Shown here piece by piece: positions 28,362-42,147 of a stretch of DNA of 64,000 bases (the first letter of the stretch is position 1; every line of letters starts with the position of its first letter). The stretch lies in assembly GCF_009914755.1 (NCBI RefSeq), contig NC_060940.1; one strand, written 5' to 3'. The DNA comes from the human T2T-CHM13v2.0 reference genome, Homo sapiens. The notes beneath the pieces are model-generated. The model saw only the letters and a program-made list of their open reading frames with translations, had not been told where the DNA came from and did not search any database. A program made the position numbers and the translations under genes.

Positions 28362-28517
28362 CCTGTGATTTCCTCATGTCTTTGGTGGCTAAAGCACAAC
28401 TGCCATGCTGAACACTGGTGAACTCAGGGCTGGTCACATTGTTAACCCTCAGCTCTTGCCCCAATGACTTCCGACCATAAGTATTTTCCCCAGATCCCCC
28501 ATTGACACCGTAGCCAC
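28362..28517 (-). pseudogene. SMG1-like exon 3 (156 nt)
   Basis: tgtag|GTGGCTAC...CACAGG|gtaagg; GGYGVNGGSGENTYGRKSLGQELR...DMRKSQ. Confidence 0.95.
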
Positions 28518-29101
28518 CTACAAACAGCCATGTGTACGTCATTTAAATATGATTGTTCGTTTCATTCAGTCAATTTCCTGATAGCTCAGGATCTTATGAC
28601 TCAATCTGCAGCTCAACCAGCCTTTGCTTCTCCTACCTTTTTCCTGTACTGTCTGCCTTGAAAATCATTTTCATTTCTTTTAATACACCTTTGAAGTTAA
28701 ATTAATTTTATTTTGATCCCTTCATTGGAAAATAAGCAAAGAAATGAAAACTAAATTAAATCAAATTTTGCACCTTGTTTTAAAACTTTCTTGAAGTTTA
28801 GAGACAGTAGCCAAGAGGAACTTCAACCTTAGCTAAATATTTTTGAAAATAAAAACAAAAATAGTATTGTATCTTTTTTGTAAGAAAACTGCATTGATGA
28901 ATTATGTATGGAAAAATTTTAAATTTTAAAAATAATAAAGTGGATAAACGTCCTATGAAGTTTTCAGAAATAACACTGCATTTGTTATTCATATTTTAAA
29001 TATATTAGAAGAAAGTGAGAAAGTTGGGGGTGTAAGAAGGCAGGAAGGTGGGATAGGTAGGTTCAAAAAACATGCTTGTAGCAATAAGAAAATATATATA
29101 C

Positions 29102-29265
29102 CCTTTTCGTCATTCTGTATGTCAGCGTGGACTCTGGTATCATCGTGCCTTTGCCGAGACACCACAGCTGAATTTGAAGGTTGCAGTCCGTAAGAGGAAG
29201 AACCACCTCTATCTCTGGATGAAGAATATTTTAAATTACCTGGGTCGGCTGATGCACTATCAGTT
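29102..29265 (-). pseudogene. SMG1-like exon 2 (164 nt)
   Basis: tttttatag|AACTGATAGT...GAAAAGG|gtatat; (R)TDSASADPGNLKYSSSRDRGG...DIQNDEK. Confidence 0.95.
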
Positions 29266-31164
29266 CTATAAAAAGAGAAAAGTTTAAGATTAGAACTTTA
29301 AATAACATAAATAAATCTTTCTTTAAACAAGCCTCTCTTCTCCCAAATTTTACATTTAACCATTACTATTGTATTTAGTGTAATATGCACTATATATTAT
29401 ATGTAAGCACTCAGCCGTCTAATAAGAAGTCTTTCACTGGGAAGAGAGTCTCAATGGATGAAATGCCAACTTTTCACTCTCTTCTACTGTTCTAAAGACC
29501 CATTCAGAAATATGAATAACTACTGGGATTAGGGTGACTTTGCTGGTTTTAGCATTGAAAGTCTCCTGTCCCAGGCAAAACAGGACAATTGGTTACTCTG
29601 GTCCAGTGTTCTCCTCACATGACTTGATAATAAGAATAATTCTTTCTAAATTCTCCCCCATGGAGACGGTTAATCAGTCAAAACATTTCAGCCTTTCCTG
29701 TCATAAAAATAAAAAACACTGGCAGCATGTCAGGGACGGGCAATGTCTTACCAAGTTATTTTCTAAGTACTGATTAGGTACTGTAGTATTGAAGACCCCA
29801 TTGAAGATGCCTTAATTGTAAAGAGTAGCAATCAAAATTTTAAAAAGTAAAAAAGAAGACATTTTAAGAAAATAAAAGGTATCAGAAATGCAATAAAGTT
29901 ATATCAGAAAGTTGTAGTTCGTAATCTATTTAAAATTCAGGTACTGTTTAGAATAATACCTGATGCTTATTAGTAAACAAGTAGGGTACAGCCAAGGGTA
30001 AAAGTGTGTCCTCATCTAAGTATCTGCTCTATGCTTCAACTGCCTCATAAGTAAAACAGAGCTGAGTTACAAGACTTCTCATGAGTGTTAATCTTTCAGC
30101 CATCAATCATAAACTATCAAGAAAGAAGACAACAAAATAATCTGTTATAGCATATGAAAAATCCAAGTAAGTTCTTCCCCTACTGATTTTCTCCTGAGAG
30201 GAACAATTTTGAGGAAAAAAAAAAAGAAAAAGAAAAAGAAAATCACTTCTATGATATTTACTAAAAATGCTTTCTCAACCTTTTAGAACCTGAATCTTTT
30301 AGAAAAGTTTAGGACACTGGCAAGGCCAGAAACTAACCTATTCCTCTACGCTTTGCCCCTCCCTCTATGGTGTAAAAGTGACAGCAGTGTTTGTATACTG
30401 TATATATTTCGTTTAGAGTTTATTAGTCTTTCCTTGCTCCCAAAAATACTAAACATAAAACTTTGCATGAGCTCAATCAGTTGGACACCTTGATCTGCAC
30501 TTACTGCAATCACTGTTAATACAGAATGCAGACAATAGGTCCAATTAAACTTGGATATCTAACTGGTACAAGTCATTACTTATAAAGGATCTCAATCTGA
30601 AACTTCATGAAATTCAAAACCTAGCATACTAAAATGACTAAGGCTCCATAAGGAGTATCTTCTAATATTCAGAGTTCACTTATTCATAAAGCTAAGTACT
30701 TCGAACATAAGGGAAAATAAAATCTATGGAATTTCAAGAAAAATGTATGAGAATATTTTCTGAGTATACTAAGTCTATAAGCATTAAAATATTAACTCAA
30801 TGGACCATAACTTTTTTAAACTAATGAAAAGACATTCCTTATGTACCTAAAAATAGCACACTTAACATGCGTCTATATAAATCATAGCATACCATTACTT
30901 TCTGAAAGGAGACTGAAACGTTAAGAGAGCTTATAATCTTTTCTGACAGGGTTTGAACTTTATATGTATGCCACAGTAAGCTCTTATTAGATGAGCGAAT
31001 AAAATAAGCACTTGACTAATTCAGAAACACAAAGATAACTGAAGTCTGCCAATATTTAAACGTATCTTCACTTCCTGTTTTCATCATGTTTACTTATCTC
31101 CTACACTACCTTTACTATTAAGAGTTAAATGTTTCTATCATTTTCTGGTGACACAGTAGTACCA

Positions 31165-31346
31165 TAAGGCAGCAGAGAATACAAGTTAAAAAAAGATCTG
31201 GGCTCAAATCCCAGCTCCAGCACTGAAAAGTATGTGTGCCTTTGCACAAATTACTTGATCTCCAAGCCTTGGTTGTCTCTTGCATAAAATGAGGATGATA
31301 CCTATCTAACATGTAAGGTTGTTGTGAGGCTAAAATAAGATAATGA
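31165..31346 (+). mobile_element. MIR element
   Basis: ctgggctcaaatcccagctcc...taaaatgaggatgata...ggttgttgtgagg core. Confidence 0.7.
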
Positions 31347-33189
31347 ATTATAAAGAAACACTTAGTTTGCAGGGTATGTTAAAAGTTGTTATGACCATAA
31401 TACAAAATAAACTCAAAGCTTCCAGTCTAAAAGACAATGTACAAACAGTTCATGAGTATATGAATATAATCAAAACAAGTTTTTACAGTCAATATAGAGC
31501 AACTTAAATACTTCACTGAAGAAAGCAGGTAATCTGTTGCTACCAACAATGTGTTTCCAACTAGGAAGCATCTGATTTCAAACTAAACTGTAAAACCAGG
31601 AGCAGCTTGCCCGTTGGTTAGAAATAAGGTTTCTAAATCCCCTAAGTTATGAACACTGAGATTTTTTTCCCAAAAAAAATCTGTGTTTTCAGAAATATAA
31701 CAAAAAAAACTGGAATAGAGCCACCGTCTCAGAAATACCTCAAAACTCCCTAGTTGCCAAATTATTTTAATACAAATTGATCAAAGCATCCCCAACCAGA
31801 ACTCAGGCTGTAAGCATTCTGAACCTAAAAGCACAAAATGGTTTAGCATTTATAAGAAATTTCTATTTTTATACAATCTTGACTGCTTAGGTTTCAAAAA
31901 ATGTCAATGTCAGGCTGTTAGCACCAACAAGATCATCCCAGTCCAATAAATAGAGAACTGTTGAAGAACGGAAATGAGCACTTAAAATGAGGCAATCAAA
32001 GCCACAAAATAGAAACTGCAGATTTGAACTCCAAGAAGCAGGCATGAATGTTAGGCTAGTTAGTTAGAAGAGCTGAAAGGGATATCATCTGCCAGAATTA
32101 GTGTCTCAATTTAGTGAAAAAAGAAAATCTATCTGTTAAGTCTAAGAATCCTAGCAAGGAACCAAAAATACCTCTACAGCCCCTTTAATATTCTAAAAAT
32201 ATCATGGAGAGAAAAAAAAAGAAATGCATAAATTTCCCCAAAACGATCAAACTGAAGTTAAAGCCTGATGTACATGCCACATGAGAGGTAAGTTTCTAAA
32301 GCTCATACCTCAAAAATCGCCTTTGTGATGTTGTGCATCAAGTCAATCTGTAAGACAGTAGTTACAATATTAGTGAAGACAGTGGGTTAAAACATTTGTT
32401 GTTCAAACATGGAGCAAATATCATTCATGAGTTAGGTGCCTTTAGTTGAACTATGGTCCCATTAGGGTTCATACATTAAAGCAAAAATTGAGGTGGAAAG
32501 ACACTCTGTGCCTTACAGGATAAAGAGGCTTAATGTGGCAACCAAAAAAATTTTAGTACATAAGAGAATTTAAATGTTAACTATCACATACAAATCACAT
32601 GCAAATACAGTTACCACTTATTTTAGTTACCTATTCTCCATATACAGAAAAATGCCACAAATCTAGGAGGCCATTCGTTTCAAATGACCGGAATCCTTAG
32701 ACCTCACACCAACAAGCCACCATGTGCTGGGGATGGTATCGCCTGACTAAATGTAGCCTTGCAGTCCATTCTTGTAAGTATTAGAGAGAAAAAGAGAGAG
32801 AGCGTCATCTCTGGAAAGTGTGAAGTCAGGGAATTCCCTACTAGGAAGCATTTCCATAAAGCACCCCAAAATGACTTGATGCAAACACCACACCTAGTGG
32901 TGTCACTGGAGTAAGCATCATATTACTTCAAATTGCTTTTACCTAGGTTTATTAAGGGATTTTGCTCTCATGGTGAGATCTAATTTGTAATGGATATAAA
33001 CCAGGAAATGAGATTTGCACTAAAGCCAATGAAGTAGGAATGTACTTATTCTCTAAAGCAGCAAAGATAGTCTCACTGTCACAGAGCAGTTATAGGATAT
33101 GTTGCTTTCCATACTAATGGTTAATACCACTTGGAAATGATTTACCCTTCAAAAATAAATTCAAGGTTTTCCCCTGTAATGCCTCTTAC

Positions 33190-33204
33190 CTGGATTCAAA
33201 CATG
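33190..33204 (-). other. Candidate alternative exon or microexon (MFES) in intron 1
   Basis: tttctcttattcctcattaaag|CATGTTTGAATCCAG|gtaaga; in frame with exon 2. Confidence 0.55.
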
Positions 33205-33920
33205 CTTTAATGAGGAATAAGAGAAACGGTGAAACTATGAATAACCCTGGGCCTTGTATCATTACATTAGAAACACTGCTCTAAATATGAGTCTATGGCT
33301 AAAATATTAATTTGAGAGGCTCAGGGAATTTATTATACAAATCTCTTCTTGCAGAGAACTTTTAAGTTCAAATTTAATAAAACAAAACAGAACCATTCCA
33401 TGTCAAAATTGTAAATGAGTATGCATCAGTTTTGCAATACTGAAATATTAAATTAATATAATTTATTGGTAAAACTACCTTAGCTACCTAAGTATTAAGT
33501 GTCTATAATAACCAAATCTTAATTATCCATTTATGGGTGATTTGTTTCCTTTTTTGAGACAGGGTCTCACTCTGTCACCCAGGCTGGAGTGCACTGGCAT
33601 GACCATAGCTCACTGCAGCCTCGACCTCATGGGTGCAGCCTCGACCTCATGGGTTCAGCCTCTCAAACAGCTGGGACCACAGGTGCATGCCACTCCATTT
33701 AGCTAATTTTTTATTTTTATGTTTTTTGGAGACAGGTGTCTGATTATGTTGCTCAGGCTGCTCTCAAATTCCTGGACTCAAGCAATCCTCCCACCTCAGC
33801 CTCCCAAAATGCTAGGATTAGAAGCATGAGTGACCACATCTGGACTGTCACCAATTTTTAACTGTCTGTCAACTAAACAGCCAATATAGACTGATAAAAT
33901 ATATTTAACTATTGTAAAAT

Positions 33921-35079
33921 TGTAAAGAATTGTATCTTCACCAAGGAGAGGTCTGGCTTCTACCTGTGAATTCTGGAAGGTAATCTCTAAACTCTTGAAA
34001 TGTCATACCTAATAAGAGGGTCCTGGCCAGGAGCAGTGGCTCACACCTGTAATCCCAGCACTTTGGGAGGCCAAGGCGGGCAGATCGCTTGAGGTCAGGA
34101 TTCTGAGACCAGCCTGGCCAGCATGGTGAAAACTGTCTCTACTAAAAATACAAAAATTAGCCAGGCATGGTGACGGGCACCTGTAATAATCCCAGCTACT
34201 CAGGAGGCTGAGGTTTCAGTGAGCTGAGATCATGCCACTGCACTCCAGCCTGGGCAACAGAGCAAGACTATCTCCAAAAAAAAAGGGGGGGGGGGGCGGC
34301 GGTGGGGGAAAGTGTCCTTGTTCATCTGGGGGCTTTAGGCCACAGCACAGTCTAATAATGTGGCTTATGGTGGGGGCTTTGAGTCACATGGATCAGCTTG
34401 GCCTCCAGTGGGGCTGGAGACTAAGGTTAGCCACATGGGCATGCAACCATGGAACCCCAGTAAAAACGCTGGACATAAAAAATAGAGTGAGCTTCCCTGG
34501 TTGGCAATAATCCATGAGTATGGTCGCACACCAGTGCCACCAGGAAGGTGTCATTTTTCACAACTCTACAGGGACAGGACAATTAGAAACTCCAACATTT
34601 GGAACTTCCCTGAACTCTGCCCTATGCACCTCTACCCTTGGCTCGTTCTAATCTGAATCCCTAAACTGCAATAAACTCTAACCATGGGTATGAGAGCTTT
34701 CAATGAGTTCTAGTGAGTCCTCCTGGCAAATCATCCAACCTAAGAGTGGTCTTGGCCAGGCACAGTGACTCAAGCCTGTAATCCCAGCACTTCGGGAGGC
34801 CCAGGCAGGCGGATCACTTCAGCTCAGGAGTTTGAGACCAGCCTGGCAATATGGTGAAACTGTCTCTAAAAAATATAGAAAAACTAGCCAGGCGAGGTGG
34901 TGTGTGCCCACAGATCCAGCAACTCAGGTGGCTGAGGTAGGAGGACTGCCTGAACCTGGGAGGGAGGAGTTCAGGGTGCAGTGAGCCGTGATCATGCCAC
35001 TGCACTCTCACCTGGGTGACAGAGAGAGGCCCTGTCTCAAAAAAAAAAAAGAGTGGTCTTGGGAACCCCCAAACTTGCA
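33921..35079 (+). mobile_element. MER21-type solo LTR with two nested Alus
   Basis: MER21-like motifs (gtgagcttccctggttggcaat; end gggaacccccaaacttgca). The Alu at 34754-35050 has TSD AAGAGTGGTCTT; the other Alu is at about 34025-34283. Confidence 0.65.
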
Positions 35080-36278
35080 ACTAGTATTAGAAGCAAGGGT
35101 CATCTTATGGACTGGACTCCCTCTTACTCTGCACTCATATTTAAAACCATTAAATATACTGTAGCTCAAAAAAAGTTGCTTGTTTGTTTTGAAAAAGGGT
35201 CTCACACTGTCGCCCAGGCTAGAGTGCAGTGGTGCAATCCGAGCTCAAGCAAACCTCCCACATCAGCCTCCCAAGTAGTTGAGACCACAGGCTTACTCCA
35301 CCACGCCCAGCAACTTTTGTATTTTTTTGTCCCATTCTCTACAACATTCCCAAAATGTTGCCCAAGCTGGTCTCGCACTCCTGAGCTCAAGTGATCCACT
35401 CACCTCAGCCTCCCAAAGGGTTGGGATTACAGGCATAAGCCACTGCACCCGGCCATAAATTTTGTTTTTTAATAACATTTCCAGCAAACATGATAAAGAT
35501 TTGACTTCAGTGTTGCTTATTTTCCTTCCAAGGAACCTCTAATATTCTCTACTTTCAGAACTCCAATCAAATTAGCCAGAAAGAGCAAACGAAGCCAATA
35601 AATCCAGGAGGGCAATAGATCTGATTTTAACCCTTGTTTCACATGCACAATTGTCTTCAGAGAAAAGCTGAAGAAAGTACCCCCTCACCTCCATGCCCCA
35701 ATGCTCCTTTTCTCTGACTTCAAGTGGGCCTCTGATGCTGCCCACATTTCCCTCACCAGGTTTCTTTCCTTTCCAAGACATCTGTAAAACTTTCTGCACC
35801 TTCTTCCTTCTCCCACCACTACCAGTGGATGACCTTATAGATTTCTGCTCCATGAGAAACAGAAGCCATTTGACAGCACCCTCAGCAAGAGCTAACATTT
35901 TAGCTCCTAACAAGAGCTAGTGGGCAACTGATCCAAGCAGTTTACATATGTTTATCATGTCATTTCGTGTTCAACACAATCCTATTAGTTATAACTTGAT
36001 AACTAAGGTTTCATAACTGGCCTATGGTTGCACAGCTTGCAAAAGGCAGAGTCAGAACTCAGACCCAGTACTGTCTAATGTTTGAGCTCTTCAACACTCC
36101 ATCACTGCCTGTCATCTTCCTTCTAATATATCCACAAATTCACCTGCATCTGCACATACAGCTTTTCTTCCCATCATCTTCGCATAATGGAACAAATAAA
36201 CCTCCTATCCATAGAAATCATCTGTCTATTCCCCCCATTTTCCAAGGTATGTCTTGTCTTTTTTTTTTTGAGATGTAG

Positions 36279-36422
<144 letters not shown>

Positions 36423-36775
36423 TAGTAGAGACGGGGTTTCACCATGTTAGCCAGGATGGTCTCGATCTCCTGACCTCGTGATCCGCCCACCTTGGCCTCC
36501 CCAAAGTGCTGGGATTACAGGCTTGAGCCACTGCACCCGGCCTGTTTCTTTTGTACGTTGCAAAATCTCCCATTTTACTACTGCTTATCACATCATCAAC
36601 ATATGAGCACTCTCAAAAGTCTTACTTTAAAAAAAACAAAAACAAAAACAAAAAATGGCCGGGCACGGTGGCTCATGCCTGTAATCCCAGCACTTTGGGA
36701 GGCGAAGGCAGGCAGATCATAAGGTCAGGAGATTGAGACCACCCTGGCCAACACGGTGAAACCCCGTCTCTACTA

Positions 36776-37024
<249 letters not shown>

Positions 37025-37130
37025 TCAGGAGTTCAAGACCAGCCTGCCCAATGTAGTGAAACCCCGTCTCTACTAAATATACAAATATCAGCCAGGCGTG
37101 GTGGCGGGCGCCTGCAATCCCAGCTACTCA

Positions 37131-37232
<102 letters not shown>

Positions 37233-37302
37233 TCAAAAATAATCATAATAATAATAAAATAAATTTAAAAATTAAGAAAATAAGGCCGGGCACGGTGGCT
37301 CA

Positions 37303-37617
<315 letters not shown>

Positions 37618-38479
37618 CTAATAGCCTGGACTCTTCACAGACAAACCTGTTGAAAAATTTATCTTCCTTGCCTTCATTTACTTTTTAACCCACTTTAATC
37701 TGGGTTCCACCTGCAACACACCACTGAAGCTATTCCTACTAAGGTAGGAACTGCCACTCAAGGCCTTCTTGGCTCTAAAATCCCATGAGCCTTTTTCAGT
37801 TCACCCTACAATTTCTCAATACCACTCTAAAGTTTATGAGTTTTTTAGTTAACTTTAATCCAGTGACTCTTTCTACTTTATCCCAATCCAAGTATTCTCC
37901 TCCTTCTTCACTTCATTTTTTTTTTTTTTTTTTGAGACAGACTCTGACTTTGTTGCCCAGGCTGGAGTATAGTGGTGCAATACTGGCTCACTGCAACCTC
38001 CACCTCCAGGTTCAAGCGATTCTCCTGCCTCAGCCTCCCAAGTAGCTGAGATTACAGGCCCCTGCTACCACACCCGGCTAATTTTTGTATTTTTAGTAGA
38101 GACGGGGTTTCACCATGTTGGCCAGGCTGGTCTCGAACTCCTGACCTCAAGGGATCCACCCGCCTCGGCCTCCCAAAGTGTTGGAATTACAGGCGTGAGC
38201 CAACGTGCCCGGCCCCTTCTTCACTTCTTTAACCAGCTTAGATTTCATTGTGTATCATTTCAACAACACTCTTGCCTATACCCTTAACTCTTAAGATTCT
38301 CATCACACCCATCTGGCAAAACCCCAATCCTGGATAAACCCAACGATCCATCAATAAGCACCACACTCCCAGGTCCTCCAGTGTTTACTTCCCATTCTAT
38401 ACATGCACTATCCAGACATTCCCATTCTCTTCAAATTCCAAAATATCCTATCACCTCCCCTCCCCATACACACATTCTA

Positions 38480-38842
<363 letters not shown>

Positions 38843-39976
38843 TTACTGAGGATTCCATCTACTTCCACCTTACTGTAACTTTTCAAATACTTTTCCCACT
38901 GAACTAAATCCCCCCCATAAACATGCAACACTTTCTAATGTATTCCATTGAAAAATACAAAAACATATAAAAAGGAAAAACTCCATCAATCCCACACGTC
39001 CCTCCATCAAACAATCTGCCTTTACTTGCTGCAGCCAAACTAAAGTTGTCTAGATTCCCCTCTCCCATTTCTTCACTTCTTCTAGCTCCTTAACACACAC
39101 TGGTCCAATTTCTGCCCCATCACTCTTGGCAAAATCCATTATGACCTCCAGGCTGCTAAATCCAAGATACAGTTCAGGCCTCAATCTGCTCATCCTTTCA
39201 GCAGCTTTCACAGGGCTTCTGAGTAGGGTTGAGCAGTTTTGCCCTGCACACAGGTGCCCTGCAGAGGAATGAGGTGGGCTGAATGAAACTCCTTTTTTAA
39301 AAATTCTTGGCTGGCATAGTGGCTCACGCCTGTAATCCCAGCACTTTGGGAGGCTGAGGCGGACGGATCACTTGAGGTCAGGAGTTCAAGGTCAGCCTGG
39401 CCAATATGGCAAAACCCCATCTGTTAAAAATACAAAAATTAGCTGGCCGTGGTGGCGGGCACCTGTAATCCCAGCTACTCGGGAGGCTGAGGCAGGAGAA
39501 TCACTTGAACCCAGGAGGCAGAGGTTTCAGTGAGCCGAGACTGCCCCACTGCACTCCAGCCTGGGCAACAAGAGAGAAACTCCATCTCAAAAAAAAAAAT
39601 TGTTTATGCCAACTAATTGTACACCTAAATGCACCAAGTTCCTGACTTTCTCCTTGCATTTATTTGTTTATTTATTTATTTATTTATTTATTAGGTCTCA
39701 CTCTATGTTGCCCACGTTGTAGTGCAGTGTGTGATTACAGCTCACTGCAGCCTTGAACTCCTGGGCTCAAGAGATTCCTCTGGTCTTAGCCTCCCCAGTA
39801 GCTAGAACTACAGGTATGGAGTGGCTCTCTGCCTTTATTTCTAACCCAAGCTACCTTACAACCTTAAAAAGAGACGCTGCTTCGCCGGGCACAGTGGCTC
39901 TCACCTGTAATCCCAGCACTTTGGGAGGCCGAGGCGGGCGGATCACGAGGTCAGGAGATCGAGACCATCCTGGCTA

Positions 39977-40264
<288 letters not shown>

Positions 40265-40923
40265 TTACTGAATTAGAGTATTTCATTACCTGTTATAAAA
40301 AACAAACAAAAAAACCTTCCATTATACTAATTTATAAAGGAATCAAAACAAAATGGGTTGGCGGGTCCAGGCACGGTGTCTCACTTCTGTAATCCCAGCA
40401 CTTTGAGAAGCCAAGGTGGGAACTCGAGGTCAGGAGTTCGAGACCAGCCTGGCCAACATGGCGAAACCCTGTCTCTAATACAAAAATTAGACGGGCCTGG
40501 TGACATGCGCCTGTAGTCCCAGCTACTCGGGAGGCAGAGGCACATGAATCACTTGAACCCAGGAGGTGGAGGTTGTACTGAGCCAAGATTGTGCCACTGC
40601 ACTCCACCCTGGGAGACAGAGTGAAACTATGTCTTTAAAAAAAAAGGCGGGGTGCAGTGGCACACACCTGTAATCCCAGCACTTTGGGAGGCCGAGGCAG
40701 GTGGATCACCTGAGGTCAGGAGTTCACGACCAGCCTAACATGGTGAAACCCCATCTCTACTAAATATAAAAAAATTAGCCGGGTGTGGTGGCACATGCCT
40801 GTAATCTGATCTACTTGGGAGGCTGAGACAGGAAAACAGCTTGTACCTGGGAGGCGGAGGATGCAGTGAGCCGAGATTGCACCATTGCGCTCCAGCCTGG
40901 ACAACAAGAGCAAAACTCTGTCT

Positions 40924-40957
<34 letters not shown>

Positions 40958-41285
40958 GGGGTGAGGGGAAGGTTCAACTTAAAGATACAATTACTAAGTG
41001 TTTCATAAGGAATGACTTATTTCATAATGGAGTAGGAGTTTGACACCAGCATGGGCAACATGGGGAGGCCCCATCTCTACAAAAAAGTAAAAATAAAAAA
41101 TTAGCGTGCCAAGCATGGTGGGTCACACCTGTAATCCTGGCACTTTGGGAGGCCAAGGAGGAAGGATCACTTGAGCCTAGGTATTCAAGACCAGTCCAGG
41201 CAGCATGGCAAAACCCCGTCTCTACAGAAAACAAAAAAAAAATAAAGTAGCTGGGGGTGGTAACATGCACCTGTGGTCCCAGCTA

Positions 41286-41426
<141 letters not shown>

Positions 41427-42083
41427 TCACGCCTGTAATCCCAGCACTTTGGGAGGCCGAAGCGGGTGGATCACCTGAGGTCAGCAGTTCAAGACCAGCC
41501 TGGCCAACATGGTGAAATCCCATCTCCACTAAAAACACAAAAATTAGCCGGGCATAGTGGCATGCACCTGTATTCCCAGCTACTTGGGAGGCTGAGACAG
41601 GAGAATCACTTGAACCAGGAGGCGGAGGTTGCAAGTGAGCTGAGATTGTGCCACTATACTCCAGCCTGGGCGACAAAGTAAAGCTCTGTCTCAAAAAAAA
41701 AAGAGAGAGAGAGAGGAAAAATAAATTAGCCAGGTGTGGTGGTATGCACCTGTGGTCCCAGCTACTCAGGAGGCTAAGGCGGGAGGATTCCCAGAGCCCA
41801 GGAAGTCAAGGCTGCAGTGAGCAGTGATTGCACCACTGCACTCCAGCCTGGGCAACAGAGCAAGAGCATATCTCAAAAAAGAGGAAAGAAAAGAAAAGAA
41901 AAACATAAAAACAAATGTTCCTTTAGTTTTAATTTTTATTTTTTAGTTTATTATGGCTGTTTTACTCTCCCCCAAGTAAAACAGCCATACACAATTTGCT
42001 GAAATTTTCCTTAGTGTACTTTGAAATCTGTGGAACAGAACTGGCAATCGCTAAATTCTATTTGACTCTAGTTCCATTTAATA

Positions 42084-42147
42084 TTAGACTGGTGTGGAAG
42101 TAACTGCGGTTTTTGCCAAAACCGCAATTACTTTTGCACCTACCTAA
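42084..42147. mobile_element. MADE1 miniature mariner element with central deletion
   Basis: ...AAGTAACTGCGGTTTTTGCCAAAACCGCAATTACTTTTGCACC... palindrome with TA on both flanks. Confidence 0.8.

Noticed and set aside
33614-33660. 20-bp tandem duplication inside an Alu
   Set aside because: An ordinary slippage event with no evident consequence.
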